This document shows positions 1-10,779 of a DNA stretch of 64,000 bases, one piece after another; the first letter of the stretch is position 1; each line of letters starts with the position of its first letter. Source of the stretch: a virus (lineage: Duplodnaviria; Caudoviricetes); IMG/VR virus record IMGVR_UViG_3300028624_000003, positions 32,001 to 96,000 of that record. One strand, given 5' to 3'. The position numbers and the translations under genes were made by a program. The notes beneath the pieces are model-generated. The model saw only the letters and a list, made by a program, of their open reading frames with translations, was not told where the DNA came from and searched no databases.

Positions 1-312
1 AGAGGACAAATCTTCGTCGATCGGTACGCAGCGAATCGGGATAGGTTCGTAGAGATCCAGTTCCGTATTGATCGGCTGATGGGGATTTGCGAGAATACCA
101 TCGTCTGCATTCTTGAATCCCCGGATACCCAGACCAAAGTACTGCAGCCGAGGTACAGTTGGCGGAACGATGTCGTGACACCAGTTGTATTTTCGGTTGA
201 TGGTGGTTTCGGTCTTAGGCGTGAACTGAATCGGAATTCTGGAAAGAAGTTCCAACTCAGATGCGAGTCCGGTCTTTACGACAAACTCGCTGGTCTTTTT
301 GCTTGATGCCAT
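1..312 (-). CDS. Virion structural protein, phiKZ gp127-like (truncated by window edge)
   Basis: Not in ORF track. GGAG RBS and ATG at 312; frame open to the edge (MASSKKTSEFVVKTGLASELEL...LQYFGLGIRG...LYEPIPIRCVPIDEDL). Position beside the gp128/portal-like pair matches phiKZ gene order. Confidence 0.6.
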   Translation of the reverse strand, partial: MASSKKTSEFVVKTGLASELELLSRIPIQFTPKTETTINRKYNWCHDIVPPTVPRLQYFGLGIRGFKNADDGILANPHQPINTELDLYEPIPIRCVPIDEDLSS

Positions 313-324
313 GTGTGAAACTCC

Positions 325-2538
325 TTATGCGATTGGAGTAGTGAATTCGTATGTTTCTGCACCGTTATCCAGTACGGTCACAGATCTTTCCGTATACACC
401 GATCGGTCCACGATCTCTACGCTATGATAGTCTCTGAAGTACGTCACCTCACCAAACTTCCCGGTATCCAAAACTAGTGGTGTAGGATCTACTGTAGTGT
501 GTCGATCTTTACTATCCACACGAAGAATGTCAGTATCATCTAGAGCTGAGAGGTCGAATCCGTCATACTCCCGGAACTTGGATGATATATCCTGACCCAC
601 CGCGGAGATGATACCTTTGACAGTGTCAGTCCCACTAGTTGTACCAATGACAAGATGTGGCGGAGTGATGAACGTGATCGATCTTCTGTTCGTCTCCAGA
701 AACGTAAGTCGATAACTGGTGAGCTGGATGAAGAGTCGTTTAAGTCCAGTATACATCGCAGACTTGTCTTTGTTGAACGCGGTGAATTCCTCAAAGATCG
801 GGTCCTGCATAGGTACAACTTGCTCGAGGAGAATGTCACAGAGATCTTTGTAGAATATCGCCTTGTCTGGTAGCTTTTCATAAGCCGACAATAGCTGAGA
901 GATCTTCGGAGTTGAGTCGATCCATACCTGATAATTCGGTGCATCCACCAACTGAATGTTGATGAATTCCTCTACTGTCAGGTACTTATACAGAGCATTG
1001 AACGCTTCGTGATACAGCAACCCGCCGTTACTCCGGAGACGTTCTATATGTGTCACCAAAACGCGGAACTGTTGTGCAGTTTTTGCTACAAAATCTTCAC
1101 GTGATTCGTATGGTCCAGAATGGAATGGAATCTCATTAAGTACCTTATCCACGTCCACGTAGGTATCCAATCTGTAGCGAACCCCATCCACATAAATCCA
1201 TTTCTGAATAGCAGATTTATTGGGGCGTACCAGCACATACGCATTGTCGATACATGCATGTATGGGAATTACGGTGAGATCTTCCCCACTTTCTTTCAGG
1301 TGCACGTATTGGAACAGTGCGAGTACTTCACCAAACGTCAACTCGATCGGGATGTTCGTATTCGGATCGGTGAAGTTTATTTTGTACTGCAGATTGCCCA
1401 GATACCACTGGTAAACCATGGTATCGAACAGGAACTGCAGCAATAACTTTTCGTATGTCGTGTCCATAATGGACTTTTCGAACTCTAGCAATCTGGTAGG
1501 AACGACGTTCGAAGACGCTTCACCGAATCTAGTAGTCATGCGTTCGACTACTTCCGCATCGAGATTGGGGAAATATCCCTCAGCTTCAATTCGACTAAGT
1601 ATCTGCCCCATCGACTCGAATGAACCTTCGTTTATTCCTTCCGCAGTGGTGTAGTTCACTACGCTATCAGAAAGAAACTCGGGTACAGTGATACACTCAC
1701 TAGCTCTCGTCGCAGTTTGCTGCAACACCATCTTCCCGACCAGTTTAACTTGTAAATCTTTCAGGAGATTCTCTGCTAGTATTTCGAGTGTACGCTTTGT
1801 GCCTTTATTTTGAGAGATGTATTCCATATTCCTATAGAGGAACAGGGCTTGCTTGTCGTTGAGTATGTCACGGTAACTTCTCAGCCCTTTCGAGTCCAGA
1901 TACTCCCAGATGTGAAAAGGATGCACTTGTGGGGTACGAATATTTCTTATCCTTTGTGCGAGTAGTGCCTGGGGAAGAATAGACCAGACAAGACCCATGA
2001 ACGTAGCAGGATAGAATCCTTCGTATATGTAGTCAGCTATGTACCATCGGTTTTCTATGTACCGGAGTACCCGGTCCATTTCTACCATCAGACTTTCACG
2101 TTCGTTCTGGTGAAGGAGAGTAGTATCTCCTGCAAGAACTGTGAAGTTCGGTGCACTGATTGCTAGTGCTATGTTCTCGACAGGATAGACGATCGACTTG
2201 ATCAATCCTACCTGATTCGGATATGTTTCACAGAGTCTGGAAAACTCTTCACTGGGCACTTTGTAAAGTGCAAATGTTTTTGGGTGAGTGATTTTCAAAT
2301 CGGTCGAAAATTTGACCTGTTCCCCAGTTTCCACTGCGGTGATGAACATATCGGTATCGAGCGGACTATACATACCACACAGATTCTGGTAGTATGGATT
2401 ATCCTCAGGACGCTCGACAATGATACCGAGTTCTTCACGCATGCGTTTTTCCATCACATCCGCAAACAACTTGAACTTGATCGTTACGGTCTGAAGAAAG
2501 TCCAAGATTTCTTTGCGGTAGACATCATTCTCGACCAT
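325..2538 (-). CDS. Virion structural (baseplate-type) protein, phiKZ gp128-like
   Basis: Long ORF. Start moved from 2706 to ATG 2538 (GAGG RBS), which removes the overlap with the divergent gene. Assignment by size and synteny. Confidence 0.6.
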   Translation of the reverse strand: MVENDVYRKEILDFLQTVTIKFKLFADVMEKRMREELGIIVERPEDNPYYQNLCGMYSPLDTDMFITAVETGEQVKFSTDLKITHPKTFALYKVPSEEFSRLCETYPNQVGLIKSIVYPVENIALAISAPNFTVLAGDTTLLHQNERESLMVEMDRVLRYIENRWYIADYIYEGFYPATFMGLVWSILPQALLAQRIRNIRTPQVHPFHIWEYLDSKGLRSYRDILNDKQALFLYRNMEYISQNKGTKRTLEILAENLLKDLQVKLVGKMVLQQTATRASECITVPEFLSDSVVNYTTAEGINEGSFESMGQILSRIEAEGYFPNLDAEVVERMTTRFGEASSNVVPTRLLEFEKSIMDTTYEKLLLQFLFDTMVYQWYLGNLQYKINFTDPNTNIPIELTFGEVLALFQYVHLKESGEDLTVIPIHACIDNAYVLVRPNKSAIQKWIYVDGVRYRLDTYVDVDKVLNEIPFHSGPYESREDFVAKTAQQFRVLVTHIERLRSNGGLLYHEAFNALYKYLTVEEFINIQLVDAPNYQVWIDSTPKISQLLSAYEKLPDKAIFYKDLCDILLEQVVPMQDPIFEEFTAFNKDKSAMYTGLKRLFIQLTSYRLTFLETNRRSITFITPPHLVIGTTSGTDTVKGIISAVGQDISSKFREYDGFDLSALDDTDILRVDSKDRHTTVDPTPLVLDTGKFGEVTYFRDYHSVEIVDRSVYTERSVTVLDNGAETYEFTTPIA

Positions 2539-2563
2539 AGGAACCTCATGGAGGGCTAGTTCA

Positions 2564-5251
2564 ATGGATGGTATCAACAGATCGATACGGCAACTCCTGA
2601 CTGGATTCGGTATTGGCAATGCACGAGTACCAAATCCTTCAGCATTACCATCATCGGATCGAGTAAGAAAGAAGTTCACTGCAGCAGAGTTTGAAATTCT
2701 GGCCAAACGCCATTATGTAAAACCTGCAGCCACGATGAGTCATGGTGCAGACCCTGCACAGCTCATATCATACCTTTCGCCTACTCACGAAGGTATGGTA
2801 CGTCAGGTTCAAGACATAGAAAGAATACGTGCGCTTTGTCCTGAAATAGGTAAAGCCGAAAGTATCCTTGTGTCTTCTGTCATGTCTCCTAATGATCTAC
2901 AGTCAGTCGATCCTGACATTACCATCGACGAATACGATGGACTCCCTGAAGAAGTCATTCGAGAAATAGAAAAACTACTCACTCAGACTTTCGCGAAGAA
3001 ATACAGGCTAGGTAAGTCAATGGAAGAGTGGGCAAGAGAAGCACTATTTCGTTCAGGTGCAGCGGTATCGCTTGTACTTCCTGAAGCTACACTGGCACAG
3101 ATAGTGGGTACAGTATCTGAGCAAGGTACTGAAGCTCTTAACAGTGCTTCGGGCTGCGAAGATGTATTCATGCGTGCGCTCAAGAAAAAGATCTACAGCC
3201 CGCAGAGTGCAGTAGAATCTTTTCTGGTAACCTCTAAGCAAGACGAGAAGCCGACAATATCCTCCTCCTTGATACAGGAAATCAAGGATCTACTCGGTGA
3301 TAAGCTGCTCAAAACATTTGAAGAAGAAACTATCGGTGTAGAAAATGTTGCTGTAAATATAGTCACCGAACTGGAAGACGGCGACATACTGCACTTCAGC
3401 GAAAATCCGGAAATCCTTCGATTTGGTAAAAAGATCCGAGAATATGGAAAGAACAAGCTCGGTAAAGACTTGTCCAAATTCTACGATCAATCGAATCGGG
3501 AAATGAAGGAAAGAGACAGAACACTAAACGTGTCGCCAGACAAAATAGAACCAGTCATCGACCTCACTCCGTTTATCACGTCAGACAGTGAGAACATGAC
3601 TGATGCATACATCTTGAAACTTCCCTGTGAATCAGTGATTCCTATCTGTATCCCTGGTGCTCCGAAAGAGAAACTCGGATACTTTGTACTCATTGATGCA
3701 TTTGGTCAGCCGATTGAAGCATCCAAGTACTTGATGACATACATGGGTGGAACTACCAGCAATATGGTTTCGGCACAGTACAGAGCCATGTTCGGCGGAC
3801 GGCCCACTGCTAGCGGTGTGCAGACCAATCGGATGGGAGCTATTGCACAGTTCGGTACTCCGTGGGATATGCAGCAAAGTGCAATAACCAACGTGTTCAA
3901 TCATGTACTTGACGCACAGCTCAAGAAGAAACTTACGAGCATCGGACTTAGCGAAGTAGAGATAGGTGCGCACAACAATATCGCCGCATGTATGCTGTAC
4001 CGTCTTCTCCAGAAGAAGCGTACTGCTTTGGTATTTGTACCTTCTGAGGTCATGACCTACGTCGCATTCGACTACCATGCAAATGGTACAGGTAAATCCA
4101 GAATTGAAGACATCATGTATCTTCTTTCTGTAAAGACTACCATCGTCATCGCTAACATGATGGCGGCCATGAGAAACTCGGTAGCTCGAAAAGACATCGA
4201 AGTCACTGTCGACGAAAAAGAAACGAATGCTGAAGGTATACGTGAAGAAGTTCGACAGGCGGTTATTGCCAAGTACAAACTGAATCTCGACTCCGACCCG
4301 ACATCGATTGCACAGTCGATCATAAACCAGAACATGACGATCAAACTCAAAGGCACCAATGCTGCAGGGTTTGATATCAGTGCTCAGGATACACAGTCGA
4401 ATGTACCTAAGGCAGACACTGACCTACTCGATCAGCTCACGAACGGGATTGTCACTCATCTCGGACCTCCCTATTCGGTAATGAACGAAACGAGTCAGCA
4501 AGAATTTGCGAAGTCGGTGGCTACGACCAACCTGTTCTTCGCAAACGACTGCAGGACATTGCAGAGTACTCTGTGCGAAATAACTGCGAGCTGGTGTCGT
4601 ACAGTAATTCGGTTCTCTCCTTCACTGAAGAAGCAACTACTTGCGATTGTTCAGGGTGCCACAAAGAAGAACGCCGAAAAGCTGACTGCCCAAAGTGATC
4701 CAGAAAATCCTGAACTGAGTAGCGTACCGAATACACTCAACGACGGTGCTAAAGATAGCACCAACACACAGAATGCAATCGCTCAGCTTGGAGAAATTCT
4801 CCAGCATTTGAAGGTGAAGCTGCCTCTTCCCAATATCTCACCCGACAAAGCACAAGGCGAGGTATTCTCTGACTATATTCGTCTCGTGAATGACTTCGTC
4901 GATGCAGTACTCCCGAATGAGTTGGTAGCATCTGACTCTGATCTCTCGGACGTATTCAATGTGTTCAAGGCGAGAGTTCGTGCAGATCTTGTCATGGAAC
5001 TCGGTTCCTCTATCGGGATCAACAGCATCTTCGATGTGCCTGACTGGGAGGATTACTTCGTCAATCGTCGTGGAGATATCGCGAATCTGTTCCTCAAGCT
5101 GCGTAACCTTAAAGCAGGTCTTGATAAGGACAAAGTCGCGACTACGACCCCGACAGAGACTGAAGATGGTACCGATTCTGGTTCGGCGGGTGATACAGGA
5201 AGTGACTCCGGCGGTTCAGATTACGGATCGAGCGACGACTTCGGATTCTAG
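2564..5251 (+). CDS. Probable portal protein, phiKZ gp129-like
   Basis: 895 aa with GYFVLID.FG.P segment, acidic Gly/Asp tail and S/A/G-x-E motifs; size and neighbourhood match phiKZ-like portals. Confidence 0.65.
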   Translation: MDGINRSIRQLLTGFGIGNARVPNPSALPSSDRVRKKFTAAEFEILAKRHYVKPAATMSHGADPAQLISYLSPTHEGMVRQVQDIERIRALCPEIGKAESILVSSVMSPNDLQSVDPDITIDEYDGLPEEVIREIEKLLTQTFAKKYRLGKSMEEWAREALFRSGAAVSLVLPEATLAQIVGTVSEQGTEALNSASGCEDVFMRALKKKIYSPQSAVESFLVTSKQDEKPTISSSLIQEIKDLLGDKLLKTFEEETIGVENVAVNIVTELEDGDILHFSENPEILRFGKKIREYGKNKLGKDLSKFYDQSNREMKERDRTLNVSPDKIEPVIDLTPFITSDSENMTDAYILKLPCESVIPICIPGAPKEKLGYFVLIDAFGQPIEASKYLMTYMGGTTSNMVSAQYRAMFGGRPTASGVQTNRMGAIAQFGTPWDMQQSAITNVFNHVLDAQLKKKLTSIGLSEVEIGAHNNIAACMLYRLLQKKRTALVFVPSEVMTYVAFDYHANGTGKSRIEDIMYLLSVKTTIVIANMMAAMRNSVARKDIEVTVDEKETNAEGIREEVRQAVIAKYKLNLDSDPTSIAQSIINQNMTIKLKGTNAAGFDISAQDTQSNVPKADTDLLDQLTNGIVTHLGPPYSVMNETSQQEFAKSVATTNLFFANDCRTLQSTLCEITASWCRTVIRFSPSLKKQLLAIVQGATKKNAEKLTAQSDPENPELSSVPNTLNDGAKDSTNTQNAIAQLGEILQHLKVKLPLPNISPDKAQGEVFSDYIRLVNDFVDAVLPNELVASDSDLSDVFNVFKARVRADLVMELGSSIGINSIFDVPDWEDYFVNRRGDIANLFLKLRNLKAGLDKDKVATTTPTETEDGTDSGSAGDTGSDSGGSDYGSSDDFGF

Positions 5252-5261
5252 CGTCATATAC

Positions 5262-5295
5262 ACAGTAGACAGAGGCACATGCCTCTGTCTACTGT
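5262..5295. terminator. Intergenic hairpin
   Basis: acagtagacagaggca / tgcctctgtctactgt inverted repeat directly after the portal stop codon. Confidence 0.75.
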
Positions 5296-5310
5296 CAGTA
5301 AACTATTAAG

Positions 5311-5328
5311 TATATATTACTCATGTGA
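5311..5328 (+). promoter_or_regulatory. Phage early-type promoter motif
   Basis: TATATATTAC-tcatg-TGA; one of nine copies; resembles the phiKZ early consensus TATATTAC. Confidence 0.7.
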
Positions 5329-5353
5329 AATAACGTCAATCAATGAGGACACA

Positions 5354-5658
5354 ATGAGCTTACTTAAAATCTACGTGGATGGTGCACGTGAAGCAGCAAA
5401 CGATATTTCGGATATGTTACTGCTACTTGATTATACCGAAAATGTAACGAGGAAGTATAGCAGAGGCCACTCTCAGTTCGTATTGCTCGGGTGAATCGTG
5501 TGTCAGCATCTGTAAATATGGACCAGCATCAGTTGATTGTCATGGATGTGCTACATCGTGATGTGTCGATCAGTGCAAATCGCATATTCGACGATACTGA
5601 ACTGGTACAAAATGCAGTTCTCTTGGAAAGAATCAGAAAGGCCAATAACAAGAGGTAG
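5354..5658 (+). pseudogene. Possible frameshifted small hypothetical gene
   Basis: ATG 5354 with GAGG RBS reads to TGA 5494; the -1 frame is open from about 5461 to TAG 5658, ending just before the next gene. Confidence 0.35.
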
Positions 5659-5663
5659 CTATA

Positions 5664-6098
5664 ATGGGATACGATCGCAATGTAGTGCTATGCATGACGA
5701 CAGATGCGGAAAAGAAATTTTCCAAATTGATCAAAAACTCGAAAGTGTTCACCACGACCGATGCGTATACCGATATGGTAACACTTGTTGAACAAGCTGA
5801 AAAATATACGGATACCTCCAAAAATGAGTCTCTATATCACTGGCCAGTAGTGAAGTGGTACAATGGGGATCGGTTTACTCCTGAACGGGCGCATATACTG
5901 GTTCTGGAGATGGTAATCAGATCTCTACCATCGGACCAGTTCAAGTTCATTGTGCTAGGTGGAGATCTCTCTGATACTACCATTGTAGGTACGTACGCCT
6001 CTGAAACATTTAGTCCAGAAATAATACGAAAAATAGGTTTCAATACACCTTCATGGGTAAAGAAGATAGAAGGAGAAAATCATGGGATATCGCAGTGA
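5664..6098 (+). CDS. Hypothetical protein (paralog of 6082..6471)
   Basis: GAGG RBS; MGY.....LCM, LY.W...KWY and FKFI.LG motifs shared with the next gene. Confidence 0.8.
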   Translation: MGYDRNVVLCMTTDAEKKFSKLIKNSKVFTTTDAYTDMVTLVEQAEKYTDTSKNESLYHWPVVKWYNGDRFTPERAHILVLEMVIRSLPSDQFKFIVLGGDLSDTTIVGTYASETFSPEIIRKIGFNTPSWVKKIEGENHGISQ

Positions 6099-6471
6099 AG
6101 TGGCATTGTGCATGAACAAAGATGCGGTGGCTATCTTCCAAGAAAAACTCAAGCTCTGCGCCACTGTAAACCCGGAACTGCACAAAGCAGTCGTCAAGTA
6201 CTTGAATATCGCCAAACGACGGGAAGACAAGGATACCGGTGATGTACTGTACAATTGGGAATGGACCAAATGGTACGGTGCAGCGTTCGCGAAACTCAAT
6301 ATGGGTTATCCGGAAGTCGAAGAAATAGAACTCATAATCTCGGAACTTCCTGATCCTACGTACAAGTTCATCCGTATCGGAGAAGAATTCGAAGATATCA
6401 CAGTGGATGGCGAATACGAAAACAACGCATTCCACTTAGCAGTGGCAAGGCAGATAGTTGCAAAGTGCTAG
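6082..6471 (+). CDS. Hypothetical protein (paralog of 5664..6098)
   Basis: AGGAG RBS; MGYRSEVALCM, LYNWEWTKWY, YKFIRIGEE. Confidence 0.8.
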   Translation: MGYRSEVALCMNKDAVAIFQEKLKLCATVNPELHKAVVKYLNIAKRREDKDTGDVLYNWEWTKWYGAAFAKLNMGYPEVEEIELIISELPDPTYKFIRIGEEFEDITVDGEYENNAFHLAVARQIVAKC

Positions 6472-6646
6472 CACACTGACTAGTGAGCTGCAACTAGTCT
6501 GACTTGAACATCGAAACGCAGAGAGGTAGCCCACGTGGGCTACCTCTCAAGAAGTACAAATATTGATTCTTTTTAAGAAATATAATCCTACATGTTCAGA
6601 TCATATTTAAATGAAATAGCAAATGTATCACACAAGGAGAATGATC

Positions 6647-7687
6647 ATGCCTAAGTCCATTTTAGGACCAAACATACGTGTCGGTACTCACAATGGAGTG
6701 ATGCATGCAGATGAAGTATTCTGTATCGCTACATTGAAATTCATCAATCCCAACATCACCGTGATCAGAACTCGCGATCCTGAAATACTCAAATCACTCG
6801 AGTTTCGTGTGGACGTCGGTGAGAAATACGATCCTGATACTGGTGACTTTGATCACCACCAGGGAGGATTCGATGTACGTCATCCTTCTCCCAATCCGAA
6901 CAAGTTTGAAGTAGGACCGAAGAAAGCAGGTTTCGGTCTGGTTTGGGAACACTACGGAAGACAGGCAATTCGTGCAGTCCTCGCTGAAGTATTTGGTACG
7001 TTCGATGATGATGGTGTAGATCTCGCACACGAAACCATCACCAAGTCAATCGTTGCACCGATTGATGCACATGACAACGGGGAGAACCGTACCTATTACC
7101 TCAACACGGGTGCGTACAGAATCCCCTCAGCATCTTCCTATATTCAATCGCTCAATCCCACTTATGCTGAAACTCTTCACGGTATGACATCAGAAGAGTC
7201 TATGTTTAACGTGGGTGTCAATTATGCTCAGAATTACCTGCGCAGAGAAATCATTCGAGGCTACTCGATTCATCTCGGCAAAGGAAGAATACTCGAACAA
7301 GTAAAAGAACTTCCGGAACACGGTGTTCTTATCCTGGATACGTATATTCCATGGAGTCCAATTTTCTCACGGCATGCGGAAGAAACAAAGCACGTGAAGA
7401 TGGTGGTATTCCCTTCATCTGCAGATGACTCATGGATGTTCCAGAGTCCATATTTCAATTATCGTGTGGACTCTGCGATGTATAGTTCTACGATGCCTGA
7501 CGGTTCTCGTCGTCGACTGAGACATCCCACACCTGAGCATCTTTACGGTAAGAATGGTAAAGAGCTGCAGGAAATAACCGGAGTAGCAGATGCAATCTTC
7601 ATTCTGCACAACGGATTCATAGGTGCAGCACAAAGCAAAGAAGGTGCGGTGGCACTTTGCGAATACATCATCACACACCAGAGCTAG
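6647..7687 (+). CDS. MYG1/UPF0160-family exonuclease
   Basis: THNGVMHADEV, VIRTRDP, VDVG..YDP...FDHHQ, IDAHDNG and FI.HNGFIG are MYG1 motifs; AAGGAG RBS. Confidence 0.9.
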   Translation: MPKSILGPNIRVGTHNGVMHADEVFCIATLKFINPNITVIRTRDPEILKSLEFRVDVGEKYDPDTGDFDHHQGGFDVRHPSPNPNKFEVGPKKAGFGLVWEHYGRQAIRAVLAEVFGTFDDDGVDLAHETITKSIVAPIDAHDNGENRTYYLNTGAYRIPSASSYIQSLNPTYAETLHGMTSEESMFNVGVNYAQNYLRREIIRGYSIHLGKGRILEQVKELPEHGVLILDTYIPWSPIFSRHAEETKHVKMVVFPSSADDSWMFQSPYFNYRVDSAMYSSTMPDGSRRRLRHPTPEHLYGKNGKELQEITGVADAIFILHNGFIGAAQSKEGAVALCEYIITHQS

Positions 7688-7775
7688 CATAACGGTAGTA
7701 TCAGAGGTCAGGTCCCCTGCGGGACCTGACCTCCTCAACCAATGACCTGAAGGATTTCTTTTTCCTTTAGATCGA

Positions 7776-8633
7776 CTAAGCGACCATACGGAAATCGCGA
7801 AGAGCTTCGTTGACTTCCTTGGACAGACCCATGCCGCTGAGAGCAGTGTCGACACCATTGAAGGTGAGGGCACGCGTGAAGTCCGGCTTATGCAGCTGCT
7901 GAGCCTGCATGATGAGCTTGCCAAGTTCGCGGGTGTTCTGGTTGTGCTGAACGAGAGCCTTGTAGGTGATCTGACGTTCAGGCGATTCACCGTTACCGCC
8001 GATTTCCTTCTTGAACCCGATGTTACCGGTTTCAGTAGGCATCATAGCGGTGTATACCGCAGCATCGATGATACGTTCAGGCAGACCAGTGGGGTCAGGC
8101 TGAATGACGATCATGGATGCAGAGAGAGTGGAAATCAACCACTGGGGCATCGTACCGTCATCGAGCATCGCGGACAGCTGAGACACCTGGGTGTCCGGAT
8201 TCTGGATGTTGGAGATCCACCAGTAGTGGAAGTTCCAGCAGAGGTTGCCACTGATTTCAGGCAAAGTCACCTGAGGGCTAACCGCGGTACGCTTCGAGGT
8301 CGTAGGCATGGGGAGCTGCTGACCGTCGTTGCTATTCTGCTGCTCGTGGAAATCGAGCGTATAACCGAAGTCAATGCCGCTCCACGACTTTGCGTGACGT
8401 TCCCAGAGAGCCTTCAGCGTACGCTGAGCGAGGACGTTTCCGTCCATGAACCCAGGGGTAGACAGCAGCACGATGATGCAGTTGTTCATGATGAGGGGAG
8501 TCGCCGCATCCATTTTGAGGATGTGAGGACCAATGCCGTTCTGAGCACCTTCGTCAATGTTGGCGATAGGCCCGAACGGAGTACCACCAAGCGATGCCGC
8601 CTGGTTGAACAAAAGAGCGTTAGGCATGGTCAT
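7776..8633 (-). CDS. Tail tube protein, phiKZ gp30-like
   Basis: 285 aa, immediately downstream of the sheath gene, strong C-ending codon bias. Confidence 0.75.
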   Translation of the reverse strand: MTMPNALLFNQAASLGGTPFGPIANIDEGAQNGIGPHILKMDAATPLIMNNCIIVLLSTPGFMDGNVLAQRTLKALWERHAKSWSGIDFGYTLDFHEQQNSNDGQQLPMPTTSKRTAVSPQVTLPEISGNLCWNFHYWWISNIQNPDTQVSQLSAMLDDGTMPQWLISTLSASMIVIQPDPTGLPERIIDAAVYTAMMPTETGNIGFKKEIGGNGESPERQITYKALVQHNQNTRELGKLIMQAQQLHKPDFTRALTFNGVDTALSGMGLSKEVNEALRDFRMVA

Positions 8634-8647
8634 TGTACATTACCTCG

Positions 8648-10669
8648 CTAGCTACCGTATGCGGAGTCAGGACGAACGATGAGATCGTTGATGCCGCAAC
8701 GGGCCGGATCAGGACCGTAGATCTCCGTACGAATACGGTACGTGTTGACACCATTGAACTCGTCCGCATTCCGGGAGACCGAAACCTTGAACTTGTACTG
8801 GTTGTCAAACGTACGGTAACAGAGGCGCTCTACTTCCTTCTGTATCGTACTGAAGAGATTCTCGAGAGGAGTGCGCACGCCTGCAAACTTCGCCCACACG
8901 TCGTCAGTGATGTACTTCGAGTAAGTGATAGCATCAGTGAACATGGTGGACGACAGCAGACTGGAATCCTGCTTGTAGATCGAACGCAGATCTGCGTAGA
9001 ACAGCTCGATCATTTTCTTGACTTCGAAGTAGTTGAGCGCATTGTCCCACAGAGTCTGCTTCTGATCCGGAGTATTCGGAACAAAGTTAAACTTGCGGTA
9101 AATGGTCACTTCGTGTTTGCCATCACCCAACGGATCGCCCTGTACGTACACAGTATTGTGCAGCATCGACCGCTTGAGTGCCATCCAGAACGTCGCAGGA
9201 ATGACATTCTTGATGGTGGTGTCCGTCAGGTAACCGCTTTGTGCAAAGATGTCTGCACGACATGCCCCGGTACCGTGGAATTCGGATTCGGGAGTCATGG
9301 AAACACGAGTGCGAATGGCGATACCGACAGCTACAGCTTCTTCCATAGTCTGAAGCTTGTTAGCCGAAGTCTGACATGCGAATTCGTATTTCACGTGGTC
9401 GTGGAGGCCTACGAACTTCGCGGCAGTCAACTTCGTATCGATGGAATAACCCACGTCGTAAAGATGGGTTACCGGATACCGTGCAGTGTTCTGCAGTTCG
9501 GGAACAAAATCGAATTCGAGCAGACTGCGATACATCTCCTCAAACTTCTCATCCGTAAGGTCACCATCGCTGCCGCCGGCAAGATAATGCGTGGTGATGT
9601 CAGACATGAGAGAGAAGCCGACGCCAGTAGTATCGAGAACCGCGTGATGGTAGGGATGGCCCTTCAGATCTCGCAGACTCAGTACGTCAACCATCCAACC
9701 ATCGGTAAGTTCCATGTTGTTGACTTCGACAGCCTTGACCTTGTCGCCGATTACCTTGAAGTTCTCCGAGTAGAAGAACAACTCATAAGGCAATGTCGAC
9801 ACCTGCGTGGAACCGATACCAGTCGTCGAATAGTTGTTGGTGATGATGTCATCGGAAGCAATACGACGCATCGTACGGCTATCGACCGAGCCTGGCTTCA
9901 TCACGAAGTTGACCACCGAGTTCTGGAACTTATCGCGCAGGACCCTGGCGATATCGCTATCGAACGGCTTCTCGTATACCGAGAAAGAATACAGTACTGC
10001 ACCGCTGGAAGCCAGCAGGTCTTCGTCCTGTGCGAACTGGTCAAAGAAGAACCGCAGACCTGCACGATCGCCGGCTTTACCAGGCGAATTGTACTTCGCC
10101 GCAACAAGCGGATAGATGATCGTGGTCTCGCTACCTGCAGATACCGTCTTCGGCTCGAGTTCATCGAACTTTTCGTTTTCTGCAAGAGGACGTACGACGT
10201 GACGAATCTTCACGCCGGGTTCCTTTATGGGGTTGTTACTGGAATCGAGCAGCGGAATCGGACGGTTCTGGGCGTCATAGACAAACGCACCATTAGCGTC
10301 ACGCTGATACTGCTGTACATCGACACCTTCCACGACATGTGCTTCGATCACCATCGTAGCAGCCGCCGCTGCAGGATCCGCGAGACGCACGCAGAACGCA
10401 CGCTGATTCGGGAATACTGCAAGTTCAAGGAAGGTCTGTTCGTTCCGATAGTAAGGACCGAACTTATCGAACGTGGCTTCGCCAAAGTACTCGAGTGCTT
10501 CGGCTCCACTTACCCAGACGATCTCACCGACTTTACCCTTCGCCGCGCGAAGAGGGAAGAGCGGGCGGTGTACAGGAAGTACGAATTCCCGTGCATTTTC
10601 GCGGATGGACTCGTCCTTTACCCGCGACATGCTGTGGGGATGCGTATATTCCCTGAAAATGTTTGGCAT
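8648..10669 (-). CDS. Contractile tail sheath protein, phiKZ gp29-like
   Basis: 673 aa; YLAGGSDG, YDVGYSIDTK and PESEFHGTG segments; high-expression codon bias. Confidence 0.85.
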   Translation of the reverse strand: MPNIFREYTHPHSMSRVKDESIRENAREFVLPVHRPLFPLRAAKGKVGEIVWVSGAEALEYFGEATFDKFGPYYRNEQTFLELAVFPNQRAFCVRLADPAAAAATMVIEAHVVEGVDVQQYQRDANGAFVYDAQNRPIPLLDSSNNPIKEPGVKIRHVVRPLAENEKFDELEPKTVSAGSETTIIYPLVAAKYNSPGKAGDRAGLRFFFDQFAQDEDLLASSGAVLYSFSVYEKPFDSDIARVLRDKFQNSVVNFVMKPGSVDSRTMRRIASDDIITNNYSTTGIGSTQVSTLPYELFFYSENFKVIGDKVKAVEVNNMELTDGWMVDVLSLRDLKGHPYHHAVLDTTGVGFSLMSDITTHYLAGGSDGDLTDEKFEEMYRSLLEFDFVPELQNTARYPVTHLYDVGYSIDTKLTAAKFVGLHDHVKYEFACQTSANKLQTMEEAVAVGIAIRTRVSMTPESEFHGTGACRADIFAQSGYLTDTTIKNVIPATFWMALKRSMLHNTVYVQGDPLGDGKHEVTIYRKFNFVPNTPDQKQTLWDNALNYFEVKKMIELFYADLRSIYKQDSSLLSSTMFTDAITYSKYITDDVWAKFAGVRTPLENLFSTIQKEVERLCYRTFDNQYKFKVSVSRNADEFNGVNTYRIRTEIYGPDPARCGINDLIVRPDSAYGS

Positions 10670-10779
10670 GGTTAAACTCCTTTCAGGACATGGTTGAGTG
10701 CCTATAAAATTTCCGCTAGTATAATGGATACTCTCTAAATTGTATGCAGAGCAGACAATACTACCAACGGAGAACGAGC

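Noticed and set aside
8633-10675. 680-aa + strand ORF
   Set aside because: Antisense shadow of the tail sheath gene caused by strong codon bias; no RBS or motifs.
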